Positions 9,923 through 23,095 of a stretch of DNA of 64,000 bases are shown in pieces. The stretch covers positions 1 to 64,000 of the forward strand of contig RHPI01002069.1 in the NCBI GenBank assembly GCA_009103225.1. The letters are read 5' to 3'. Each line of letters starts with the position of its first letter. Position 1 is the first letter of the stretch. This DNA comes from Chlorokybus atmophyticus. Lineage: Eukaryota; Plantae; Mesostigma and Chlorokybus algae. Position numbers and translations under genes: made by a program. The notes beneath the pieces were generated by a model, which had not been told where the DNA came from, searched no databases, and saw only the letters and a program-made list of their open reading frames with translations.

Positions 9923-11238
9923 CTCTTTGCGCTTTTCCCGGGAGCGCACCGCTGATAACCTGTTCCCCATTCTCTGCTGCAGCATCTCAATGTTGCATTC
10001 GGGGACCAGATGACAGTCACCACGTTGCTAGCCTGCCGTCTTATCGGCAGCTCCCTCACCAGATGCTTATCCACCAATGTTCTAAGCTCGCGCTGCACGC
10101 ATAGTTAAAAGTACTCGGCTGAGTTCACAATGAATGCCACAAAGAACAGAGGAAAGCAGCAGCCACAATAACTATGTTGCCGTAGTCATTACTGTTCATA
10201 ATGAAGTTGCTGATGCACAGATAGTAACACAATGACCACAGCGCAAACAACAACAACAGCAACAACAACAACAACAACAGCGGCAGCAACAGCAACAAAA
10301 CCAAAAGCAAAACGAATGGCGGCAGCCTTGAACACCAACACCCACACTGTGTTCCTTACCTGCACAAATTGGTATCTTGCTTCCCTGTCGATGCACGGGC
10401 ACGGTCGCGCTGTGGCCATCTTTCTGTGAAGCATCTCGCATGCGCGGTTGCTGCGCTCATCCATGTTGCGCAAGGGATCATTGGGCCGTAGACACTCGTA
10501 CTTGTAGGGATGGTATGTGGGGTAGATGTTGTATGGATTTGTTTGTAGCACGCAAGGTCGTGTCGCATGCGTCCTGAGGGTATAGACTCTTCCCTTTCTG
10601 CGAGACACATGGAGGATGCGGGTGTTCATCATCAACGCCAACGTCATTCTCTGTCCCCCGGACGTACTCCTCATCCTCATCGTCATGGTCCCACTTCTCG
10701 TGGTCAGGGTTCTGTTCAAAGTTCTCAGCTATATGGTCTGGCATGATGAGAGAAATGAAGGTAAGCTGTGGTTAAAAATATTCAACGCACAGCTGGGAGG
10801 TGCATGGTCGGACAGGAATAGACATGCAGAAGATAAGGCACAGGCAGAGAACATATGCACATAAGCAGCCCCAATAACGCACGAACTGTTAGGTAGGCAT
10901 GCATAAATATGCACAATCAACAGATACTTACTGTTGTGGGGCACTGCAGCTGTTCTGTCTTTTGCCTCGGCTGCTCCGTGACTCAGCGCCTCGCCTTTCA
11001 CCTCCTTCAGGCAGTCGCCTAGCCGGTGTAGGCACTCATCCACGGTGTCGTGGGCAGGCGCAGCAACCTCGACACGGCGGTTCATGACTCTACCCATGCG
11101 TGCCATGCCGCCGCCATGAAGAAGAACTTCTACTTGAAGTACATCGAAGTTAGGAACCGTTGTATGCGCGTAACCGGTTTCAAATGGTTGAATGTTTAAA
11201 ATGTCAAGCTGTGTATGCGCGGGAGTAAGGGCAGCCAT
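9923..11238 (-). pseudogene. Exon-like fragments of an unknown gene, including a bZIP-like basic region
   Basis: Open stretches ending in GT donors (...AVPHN|gtaagt, ...RYQFVQ|gtaagg, ...RSREKRKE|gtacac). LQQRMGNRLSAVRSREKRKE fits the bZIP N-x7-R pattern. The frames do not join cleanly. Confidence 0.35.
10246..10300. repeat. (CAA/CAG)n microsatellite
   Basis: Directly visible trinucleotide run. Confidence 0.85.
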
Positions 11239-11435
11239 TGGTCTAGCGACTACAATGCGTGAACTCCATCAAAGTCCCCCAACAAGCATAATCCCCCGCC
11301 AACGGCAGGCATTGTTCAAAGCTGATTTCTTACTTAATAGAGAAGAAGTCCTCAATTCAGATTTTCCTGTGAGGGACAACTGGATTGAGACTAGAGAAGT
11401 GGTGCACTTGTAAGGATTATTAAGCCCCCCCCCCN

Positions 11436-11575
11436 GGATTTCTTTAAGGGCAAGGGGTGCGTTCCAGCTGGACAGCACACCAGGAAAGGTACGCGTAATC
11501 TCAAGGCGGTCTTACTTGGCTTTGCATTAGCCGCTAAATTAGCATGTGGTGTGATGGCCTGTGCTCCCTCTACAG
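11436..11575 (+). repeat. 140-bp near-identical copy of the mL41 exon1/intron1 segment (21457-21596)
   Basis: Direct comparison shows one mismatch. The copy starts immediately after the N at 11435. Confidence 0.9.
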
Positions 11576-12429
11576 CCCCTCCTTCCACTTTTCAATTGTG
11601 TTATTCAATCATCATGAGCGCAACACTGTGCTGCCAACACATAACGCCAACATATGCAGACACATTTGTTGCCAACACTACGCTATGCTCATTCTTAACC
11701 GTGAAAACTCCGGGCCCTTGGCGGATGGTGACGAAACTTGGGGAAGCCTGCTAACAGCTGTGGTCGTGTTAGAGAACTATTGGCAAGTTTTTTTATGAAG
11801 TCTTTGTAGTCATTGAATGTTTATGACCTTATGTTGCTGTTGTCGTGCAAAACCTGCTGTTTTGTCTTTGTCTATAATTGCGTCATAAACATAGAGTAGA
11901 CATGCATTATCCTTGGTTGGTTGGCGTGCGCTTAACTAGCAAGCCCCCTTAGCACTAAGGTTGGTACTAGCAATTGTGACTGGTGCGTAATGATGTATGC
12001 TTGACTGTGCGCTTGCTTGTGTGCTACTGGAATGCTATTACTAAGGGGCCCCTCTCTTTTACCTTATGCAACGCTATATGTAATGCGTCACGCGTAAGCG
12101 CATGCGTCACGCAAACATCAGAGTTTTGCCAAATTGCCATGCACCACGTATATACAGTTATAGCTTTATAAAGCGTTATCACCATGTTTTACTGTATATG
12201 TCTGGTGAAACTTAGTGATGATAACGCTTGCGAAACACACATTGGCGAATCTCAAAGGAAGCTCCTTTTACACTAGCTATGCCATGTGAACACAACAAAA
12301 TTTGGTAGCTTAACTCATTTCCATCATGCTTACAATCACATGCAACACAAGACTGTTTGCATGACAAGTACATGAAATGATCGTTATAAGAATCATGTAG
12401 CCAAGACCAATGGTATCATACCATTGGTC

Positions 12430-13950
12430 TTTACTGCAAGAGTCTTATAGCAAGAGTAGAGTAGTTGTACATGTAACATGGGAATGCGCATTGGTAATAC
12501 AGCTAGTGTATTAAATACAATTATCATCTAAAGTACTGCTTGGGAATGCATGTGCGCACATAGACGCACTTCAACAAGCATGTATGCTAATTGCCAAATG
12601 ATGCACAATATTTGAATACTTAGCAAACTATTTAATAGTACATACTATTTGATAGTACATAATTATCACAAGAATGTGGGTTTGTTGGCCCTCTCCAACA
12701 GACAAGTTTGTTTGAAACTACCGGGCAGGTATTTACAGTTGTTGAATAAGTGGACTGTCGTGTTTGCCAGGCGCTAGCCAGCGTATCCGTGTTGCTCAAG
12801 CGCTAGTCAAGTCTGTGCAAACATGTAGCAGGGCAACAACATTCACACCATGCTCATGCCGCTGTTCAACTTGGCCCATTCACCGCGCAATGTTGCCATC
12901 GTCGCTGCGGGACAACTTGTTCGGGACAAGGCGAGAGTGATGTGTAGGGTACAGTTAGAGGGTTGTGTGCTTTTCATATATATAGTGACAAGGGTTTGCG
13001 CAAGTGGTATTAGTATGGTTGTTCATGGACAGAATGCACTGTGGCTGCACGCATATGTGTGTGTGCGCACATGCAAGTGCACACATGCGTGCGCGTACTC
13101 TACCATTATATGCTGGTGTGGCTGCGTTGTGTCGCACAAGGATATGAAGATGATTTTTGCTGCAGTTTGCTTTGACATGACGGGAACTCCTGCATATTGA
13201 TACTGTGTTGCTGATTCTACGGCCGAACAGCAATTCTAGTTGAGTTTGCACAGCGTTACTCACATTGCAGCAGTAGTACAACTTCAACAAGCGGAACATC
13301 AACTCGCTACAGTTTGCACGCGACAACATGTACACAAGCATACTCACAAGCACCAATTAATTACCACAACAAATAACTGCACGAACGGCACAAACATGTA
13401 GTTGCGCATCCAGATTGCAGCAAAGTATCTGATACTGGCATTGACTGCAAACCAACCTACTCAGATGACATCCGTGCATGAGTTTGTTGCATGAGACGCA
13501 GTTCATACTGTTGTTGAACCCAAGAGCAAGACGTGTTCAAGTTTCCATTGATAGTTATAACACATACTCTACACTCACGACTGTATACAAACAACTCACA
13601 ACCAAGAATACGTACATCATCCGTTCACCACAAAGCTTACTACATCTGCTGCCCCCCTCGTGGGCTTATAAGTTGTTATACATGCTGCACAAGAGCTGCT
13701 GCTCATGCAACAACAGTACGCCCACTACATTGCCCCCCGATAAACGCTATGCGGCCGCAGCGCTCACCTTCTTCGTCTTGATCTTGTTAATAACTCCGCC
13801 TTGTCCTCGAACGGTGACTCCAGCCAGTCAAACTCTGCTTCTGCCTTCGCAACCGGGTCATAACAATAGCGACCGCAGCTGAAGCCTTGACAGATTGACA
13901 GGCTTCGTTTCAATTTTGGGTTTGTCTTTGCCTTGGCTTTTCAGTAGCTT
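12430..13950 (-). repeat. Copy 2 of the diverged tandem duplication; retains the DPVAKAEAEFDWLESPFED coding remnant
   Basis: Colinear with 8230-9680. Minus-strand translation of 13859-13803 matches the C-terminal motif of the 4877-6704 protein. Confidence 0.75.
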
Positions 13951-14940
13951 GTTGAGTCAGCACCGGTAGCTGACAGAGGTAGTGCATGTCCCCAAGCCGT
14001 GTGCTTGCATGTTCGACCTGTTCCATATTGCTTGTGTTAATATGCATGTAGATGTTGACAATCGAACACTTGTGCGTTCATCTTAATAGTGAGGGAAAGC
14101 AACAATCTGCAGGCACATATACCTACCTCATTAGCCAAAAGCAAAAGGCTTTGCGGTACAAAACCTTGAGATCCTCTGTCCTTTTTCACACGGAGGTGAG
14201 TTATGAGTTAATATGACACGCAGCCGGCTACTGCTTGGGTCAAGAGAGTTTGAGTCTAGTGTGGTCCCAATCGTACGATTGTGCTTGGCTCTGCCTGCAC
14301 CACATGTCATTCGTATGTTTGCTCTTGTGCTGCTGCTTTGCTACTGCACGCGTAGGCATAGACCGTGGCCAAGCAACATGGCAATAAGCAAGTAGCAAAG
14401 TTGCAGCACAGACGCTGCCATGCTGCCTGTTGTGCAGGTAATTGACACTAACATGCATGTATGCATGTCTGACGTGGAGGTCTAGGGTAGTGTAGCGTGT
14501 TAGGTAGCAACAAGCAGTAGCCATTAGCCCGGTGGTGGCAAATGATCATGCTTGCATGCTGTTTGTGTGCGCAATTATGTACTTCTGCATAATGCATGTA
14601 CAAAACTGCCTCGAGCATATCCTGTACAAGCAAGGGCCAAAGTTGTGCAGCGAGCAGAACAAGTTAGCGTTAGTACAAACCACAGCAGCAGCAAGCAAGT
14701 ACGGTAGCAGTAGCAGTAGTACAGGATATGCGCAGGGCCCTCAGCAGCACTTGGAACTCAGCAAGGCAGCAAGAATGCATGTATCCACAAATACAGAGCA
14801 AGATGCAACCACTTGCAAGCCACGGCAAGCCAATGTTGTTGCTGACAACCAACTGCTTCCATCGCTGCTTTACTGTTGACAACATGCCGCATACCACATC
14901 ACAGTGGCGCACCAGTAACTAAGTCAACATAACATAAACT

Positions 14941-17358
<2,418 letters not shown>

Positions 17359-17432
17359 GGACACCGCCCACAGGCACAAATCCGGATGCCCAGCTGCATA
17401 CTTTTCCTGCCTTCCGCGCCGCGCAACACCGA

Positions 17433-17454
17433 TAACCCTAGCCCTAACCCTAAA
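17433..17454 (+). promoter_or_regulatory. Telo-box-like repeats in the aroB/DSS1 bidirectional promoter
   Basis: TAACCCTAGCCCTAACCCTAAA between divergent ATGs 180 bp apart. Confidence 0.7.
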
Positions 17455-17537
17455 AGTTGGACTAACCCCCCTCCGCAAAATTTGCTACGAGTTAGTTGCT
17501 GTAGGCTGAGGTTGGTGGCGTTGTTGCTGTGGGCGGC

Positions 17538-18139
17538 ATGGCGGGCGAGGTGACCAAGCCGAACGCCGACGCCGCAGACGCCAAGAAGGCGGAGGCAAAT
17601 CAGCAGCAGGCGGCGACAGCCACGACGGCGCCCGAGCCCGTCAAGGACCTGGACGTCCTTGAGGAGGATGACGAGTTTGAGGAGTTTGAAACAGAAGGTT
17701 GGTTAAAATGACATGGTGAATGACATTTCTGACACTTTTGATTGACTTGTCGAGCTAATGTCGTGTATAATCAGGCACACGCTTACAGCAGACCTTTGCA
17801 TGCACATCAACCTTGGCTAGCTTGTTTCAGGATAGTTTACACAAATGTTTCACGATGATAAGCTCGCTGCAGGCTTGCTATGCTGTTCCCGACCAACTCG
17901 CAAGTTGTTGTCCAGTCAAGCTTTTGTATTTGCCTTCTGCAACCTTCCTGCATGCATGTGCTTGGCAGAATGTTGCGCTATGGGCACCACGGTTGACAGT
18001 TTCTGCTGCTGCTTTAGATTGGGGTCAAGGCGAGGAGGAGCCAGTAGACGTGCAGCAGTGGGAGGACGACTGGGACGATGACGATGTGGATGATGACTTC
18101 TCAAAACAGCTGAGAAAGGAGTTGGAGAAAGCCGGCTGA
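17538..18139 (+). CDS. DSS1: 26S proteasome subunit DSS1/SEM1
   Basis: Two exons: [13 protein letters not shown] | DWGQ...[24 protein letters not shown], the diagnostic acidic DSS1 motifs. Confidence 0.95.
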
Positions 18140-19044
18140 GTCCAGAACACGCCTTAGCTTCGCTGTCTGGACTTGCTGTTCTTCTAGTAGTCCTGTACCA
18201 TAACACAGACTTGCGCACACTGTGTAGCTTCTCGCCCTTACTTCATGCGCAAGTCAGCAATGTTGCCCAAGCTGATGCGTGCTCGCTCGGTGGAGGAATA
18301 TGGTAGCGCTGGGAGTCTACAGCGCCTGCAGTGGTAATTTGCACCATTGCAAAGGAGTTGCAACGACCGCTGAATGGTGGTTGCTGTGGCTTGCAGCACA
18401 CCTGCAGCAGTAGACATGCTGACATGGCAGTGTCCATGGAGGACACGGTAGACGCGGCATGTATCAGCAAACATGAGTCACGCCACACTGTGAAGGTTGT
18501 GCATATGCGCATGTTGCGCAGTTGTGGTAGCATGGTGAGTACATGCATCCACTCTTGTAATTGTCACCTAGCTGCTTGTACTCGCCCAGCGACCTGCTGA
18601 ACATTGCGGCATGCAACCAGAAGAGCTCCAGTGCAGGGTGACAATGAGTGCAGCATAAACGACTACTGCCTTTGCAATGTGGTAGTGGAAGATTAGGTAG
18701 CAAGAAGAACAAAAAACAAGTGCGTGTGGAGCAACTGATAGTGATGCAATGCCCAAAACAAGTGACATAAGCCACACTTGCACCTTGGCAGATAATGCCA
18801 GTCTTTTTGCATGATATTGTCATAGGCGCCTGACTGCAGCAATGCTAATGGATGGCCAGCACTAGACACAAGCCCACTGACTAAACAACCATGACCCGTT
18901 GCAGCAGGCATGTATGCCACAGAAGCATCAACCAGTCAACTTGGATTGCTGCAACATTGCATGCACAATGCCAGCGAGGAACCATACAGTAACATACACA
19001 CAGACTGTTGCGCAGCTGCTGCTAAAACTACCAACCTGCAGAGA

Positions 19045-21022
19045 TCAACCCTCGATTGCAGAAGCACCAGAGATAATCTCAATGAGTTCAGTTGTAATGC
19101 GGGCTTGCCGGGACCTGCAACGGACAAGTATGCCGCAATGAGCATAGCTTCAGCTTTGTAACCAGATATTGCCAGTTGTCATGGGGCCCTGCGTGAAACC
19201 CTGCGGCACACAGGTGAAAGCACAGCATACCTGTTATAATCCAGGGTGAGCCTCTCAAGCATGTCTGAAGCATTGCGCGTTGAGTTGTCCATGGCGGACA
19301 TGCGAGCGCCATGCTCACTGCAGGCATTCTCTAGCATTCCATTCAGCAGCGTCTGCGAAGAACAAAATCTAATGAGCTGCTGGTACAGACATGGCAACTG
19401 TCGTCGCACACTGACATGAAAACCAAGCAACATGCTTGCGCAAACCCACCGAAGCAAGCTGAAACTCGGCAATATCTGTCAAGAAAGCATCCTGAGTCAC
19501 TCCAACGAACTGATAGGCGTTGAGCTCCTCATTGTCACGAGCGTCACGTGCAATCTCCTGCAATGAATGTAAACATGAGGAATGCAGATGACTAATCCGA
19601 GAGAAAATGCGGCGGGCATTCATGTTTCACACCTCTGCTGATAGTACTGTGGTCATAGCGGGAGTAAATGTAACACTGTTTACAAAACGGTTAAAGATGA
19701 TGCGCGCAGCATCATAAGGGGTGGTCTTCAGAATTTCATCTGCTATCTCTGACGCCTGCAAAGTGAGAAGGTTACACCTTGACTGCTACGGACGACAACT
19801 GCAAACTCCCAACAACTTACCAAGCTGAAGGTGATGGCCACCTTCTGGACATCACCGGCCGACATCGCCAGGGCAGGAGCCAAAACACGCTGCAACTGCA
19901 CCTTGCCTTTCTCACCGATCACCACAATGTGATCTTCCTTCTCTGGGTCTGGGCAGTACACATATGGTTTGTAACCATACCAAACATATTTGTGCCTGCT
20001 TTAAGCTCTGTACCTGTAGAAAGCAAGTTGTGAGTTCCGCGGCTGTACTTCACAACCGTGGAGTTGATGCCTCCGCACAGCCCCTTGTCGGACGTCACAG
20101 CAATGGTAAGGTTGCGCTTCACGTCAACTCCTGTGTGGCGGAGACATTCAGTATGAAGGCACGACCTTAGACCAAGATGCAGAAGCTTCACCCTGTAGCG
20201 CAGTTGAATGCTGCACAACAGGGTAAAACTTGCCCAGATGTCAATGCGTAATGTCATGGCACGGCATGCAAACACCCATGACTAGCCTACTCAGTGGTCA
20301 GTGGTCCCTCTGCACATGACGCAGTCATGCTCTCATTGGAGCAAGACCGCAGTGAACATGAACAACACTGGGCACTACAGCAGAGTGAACTGAGTTGAAA
20401 TAAGGCATGCCTAGATATTGCAAGTAGTGCTGTTGTGGGCAATGCTCCCGAAATGCACGGAAGCTGAGCTGCAGTAAACAGTGTGCTCCTTGCTAAAAGC
20501 AACTGTCACGAGAAGTAACCAATCTGAGAAACACCGAAACATTACCTGGCTCGTCGCCAAGCAACCGGATTATTGGCTTGAAGACGCCGCGGGACTCCTC
20601 GACCTTGTTCTGAGCATTTCGCAACTTGGAGGCAGCAACCATCTTCATGGCCTTTGTGATCTTCTGAATGTTGGTGACAGACTTCATTCTGTTTTTCACT
20701 GTGAAAGCAATTGAACACAACCGTTAATGGCAACCATTTTGGCCACGACTGAAGCGAGCACATGCCCATGCACACAACACAATAAAGAAAAACCAATCAA
20801 GAACTATACGAGATGCTTAGGCATTGGTAAAAAGACTGCTCACGCAAGCGCATTGCACGGCACATCAAGGGTTTGCCCACCAGCAAGCTGAGAGGCATGG
20901 CGGGCGCCGAAGGGGGCGATCTCCTGCTCAGCAGCCACGGCCGCAGTGCCGGCACGTCCAAAGCCCGCTGCGGCAGCCCTGGCCAGCTCAGCCAACGAGC
21001 GGCGACCCCCTGCGAGCGCCAT
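19045..21022 (-). CDS. ATP3: Mitochondrial F1 ATP synthase gamma subunit
   Basis: [74 protein letters not shown]-terminal presequence-like region. Confidence 0.97.
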
Positions 21023-21237
21023 CTGCGCCGCCTACCCGCCTTGGCCGCCGCTGCCAGCTGGCAACGGATGGTTGAACGCTAAGGCCTTGCAAGCGAGATC
21101 CTCAAACAACGAGGGACCCATGCAACAGGGCCATGAATCGTAAGCCCCAGTGAGCTTTGGTATAGACCTCTGATGAACTGCTTGAAGTGATTTAACCTGA
21201 GTCTGCAACTTGCAAGGGGACCCTGAGGGTCACAAGG

Positions 21238-21247
21238 TTAGGGTTTT
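21238..21247 (-). promoter_or_regulatory. Telo-box (AAACCCTAA) in the ATP3/mL41 bidirectional promoter
   Basis: TTAGGGTTTT between divergent start codons. Confidence 0.7.
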
Positions 21248-21370
21248 CAAGCGCATGTTGCTGGCGTAGTGCTCAAAGGCGGTGGCGACGGCGGAGGTGG
21301 AGGACGAGGCGGTGGTGGGTGGGTGGGTGTCCTGGTGTTGTGTGGTTTCACGTTGTTTCCGGAGTGAAAC

Positions 21371-22059
21371 ATGCTGGGAATTCAGCGGGGGCTGGAAAGG
21401 GGCCGCAGGGCGCTGAGTAAGGGCCTGACGCAGCTGACGTCCAAGCGGGGCGGCAAGGATTTCTTTAAGGGCAAGGGGTGCGTTCCAGCTGGACAGCACA
21501 CCAGGAAAGGTACGCGTAATCTCAAGGCGGTCTTACTTGGCTTTGCATTAGCCGCTAAATTAGCATGTGGTGTGATGGCCTGTTCTCCCTCTACAGAATC
21601 GGTAGTGTCAACTGGCAGTGTCCTGTTTTAGTAGCCCATACGGTTTTCCTTTGCTCTCATATGCACATTCCGCTATCACAGCTTGGAGACGTTGACAAAC
21701 GTGTCGGACATAGTGACGCTTGGGCATGCTTGTAGGTGGTTATGTGCTGCAGCATTGGAATATGCCGAGGTGGAAAGTGCCAGACTTGACCGGATTTGAG
21801 GTGATTGTATGCAAGCTTGATGTTATTTGAGCATTGTTATGGCACGCATGTTGTGCACTCTGCGGCATAGCACTTTGCTTGCGTGTGTGCATGCGAGCAT
21901 CACGCGAGTACGCCTAGTTGCCTACTGTGCTGTTCAATTTGGCTGTGTGTATGCAACGCTGAAAGCTTTGTTCTCTTTCTGCCGCAGCTTAAACCTTATG
22001 TATCGAAGAACACACCCAAACTGACAGTATCACCACCTCAGACCGCATCACCTTCATGA
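21371..22059 (+). CDS. MRPL41: Mitochondrial ribosomal protein mL41 (yeast L27 family)
   Basis: Three exons (21371-21509, 21736-21800, 21988-22059): LTSKRGGKDFFKGKGCVPAGQHTRKGGYVL...VPDLTGFELKPYVS. Confidence 0.92.
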
Positions 22060-23095
22060 TGAAGGATGCGCATCTATAGAACACTCCTGAGTTGGAACAA
22101 GTCGCTCGTATCAAGGTGGGTTTGCAGCTTGTTCTGCAGAGCTTTCAAGCACTGGCTTGTCAAGCAAGCCTATTTGACTGAGCCACAGTAACTGCTGTAT
22201 GCACGCGCTTGCATACTGAAGTCGACAACCAGCTTGCACGAAACCAAGACGCATGTGGACCGCAGTGGACATATGACAATGAGATTCGCAGGCGGTCCAG
22301 AGCTGGAGAACAATCTTCTCAGGCAGTCAATTAACCAGTTCAGTAAACAGCTGTGTAGCCGCCTCTGCTTATGTTGTCACAGGATCCGATGTGTGCTCCA
22401 GGTCACACTCCAGCTGCATTGTAGAGTGTGTACACGTGCACTCTTATATGTGCGCGCGTCTGTTAAACTTGTAGTACTATTACTACTGTCAACGAACACT
22501 GCATTATTTGAGTTGCCTGGTCGTTAATAGCATGAATCGTGAATTATGGTGTGGTTTGTGAACATGGTGTCATCACAGATTAGCACAGCATGGTGGTCTA
22601 TTAAGCTGCGAGGACCAACAGGAGTCAATTATCACTGCAACCAATGGTCAGTCAGGTGGACACATTGCCTTACTTGGCAACGTGCAGCCCCCTCAGAGAA
22701 ACGGCATACAGTGAGAAGAGCAAGCTACCGCGTGCGCGTTGTGCAGAGATATACATTGTGCGCATGTTTGTGGGCTACTGTGGCAGTTGGGCTCATAACT
22801 CCCACCCACTAACCCTCTTCTCCTGCTATCTCCTGCTATACATAGCTATTTGTAGCTGCAAGCTACAAGGAAGGACAGCCTATCCGCTGGGCCCCTTGTG
22901 GTTCACCAGTGCTGCAATGACTTCGTGACCCTTGCACACACTCTGAGTTGTTAAATAGGTGCCAAGGCCTCCAACCCTGATCTACACTATGCAAGTCACG
23001 CGTAGATAACAACAGACTCTGGCACAAGTTTGACAAAGAATGGTTGCTGCTGTGGCAGAGCCACAGCAGCCATATGTACGTATGTACACACGCAC

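Noticed and set aside
11269-11478. Minus-strand ORFs MLSSWNAPLALKEI... (also 21230-21499)
   Set aside because: Antisense readings of the mL41 exon and its duplicated fragment.
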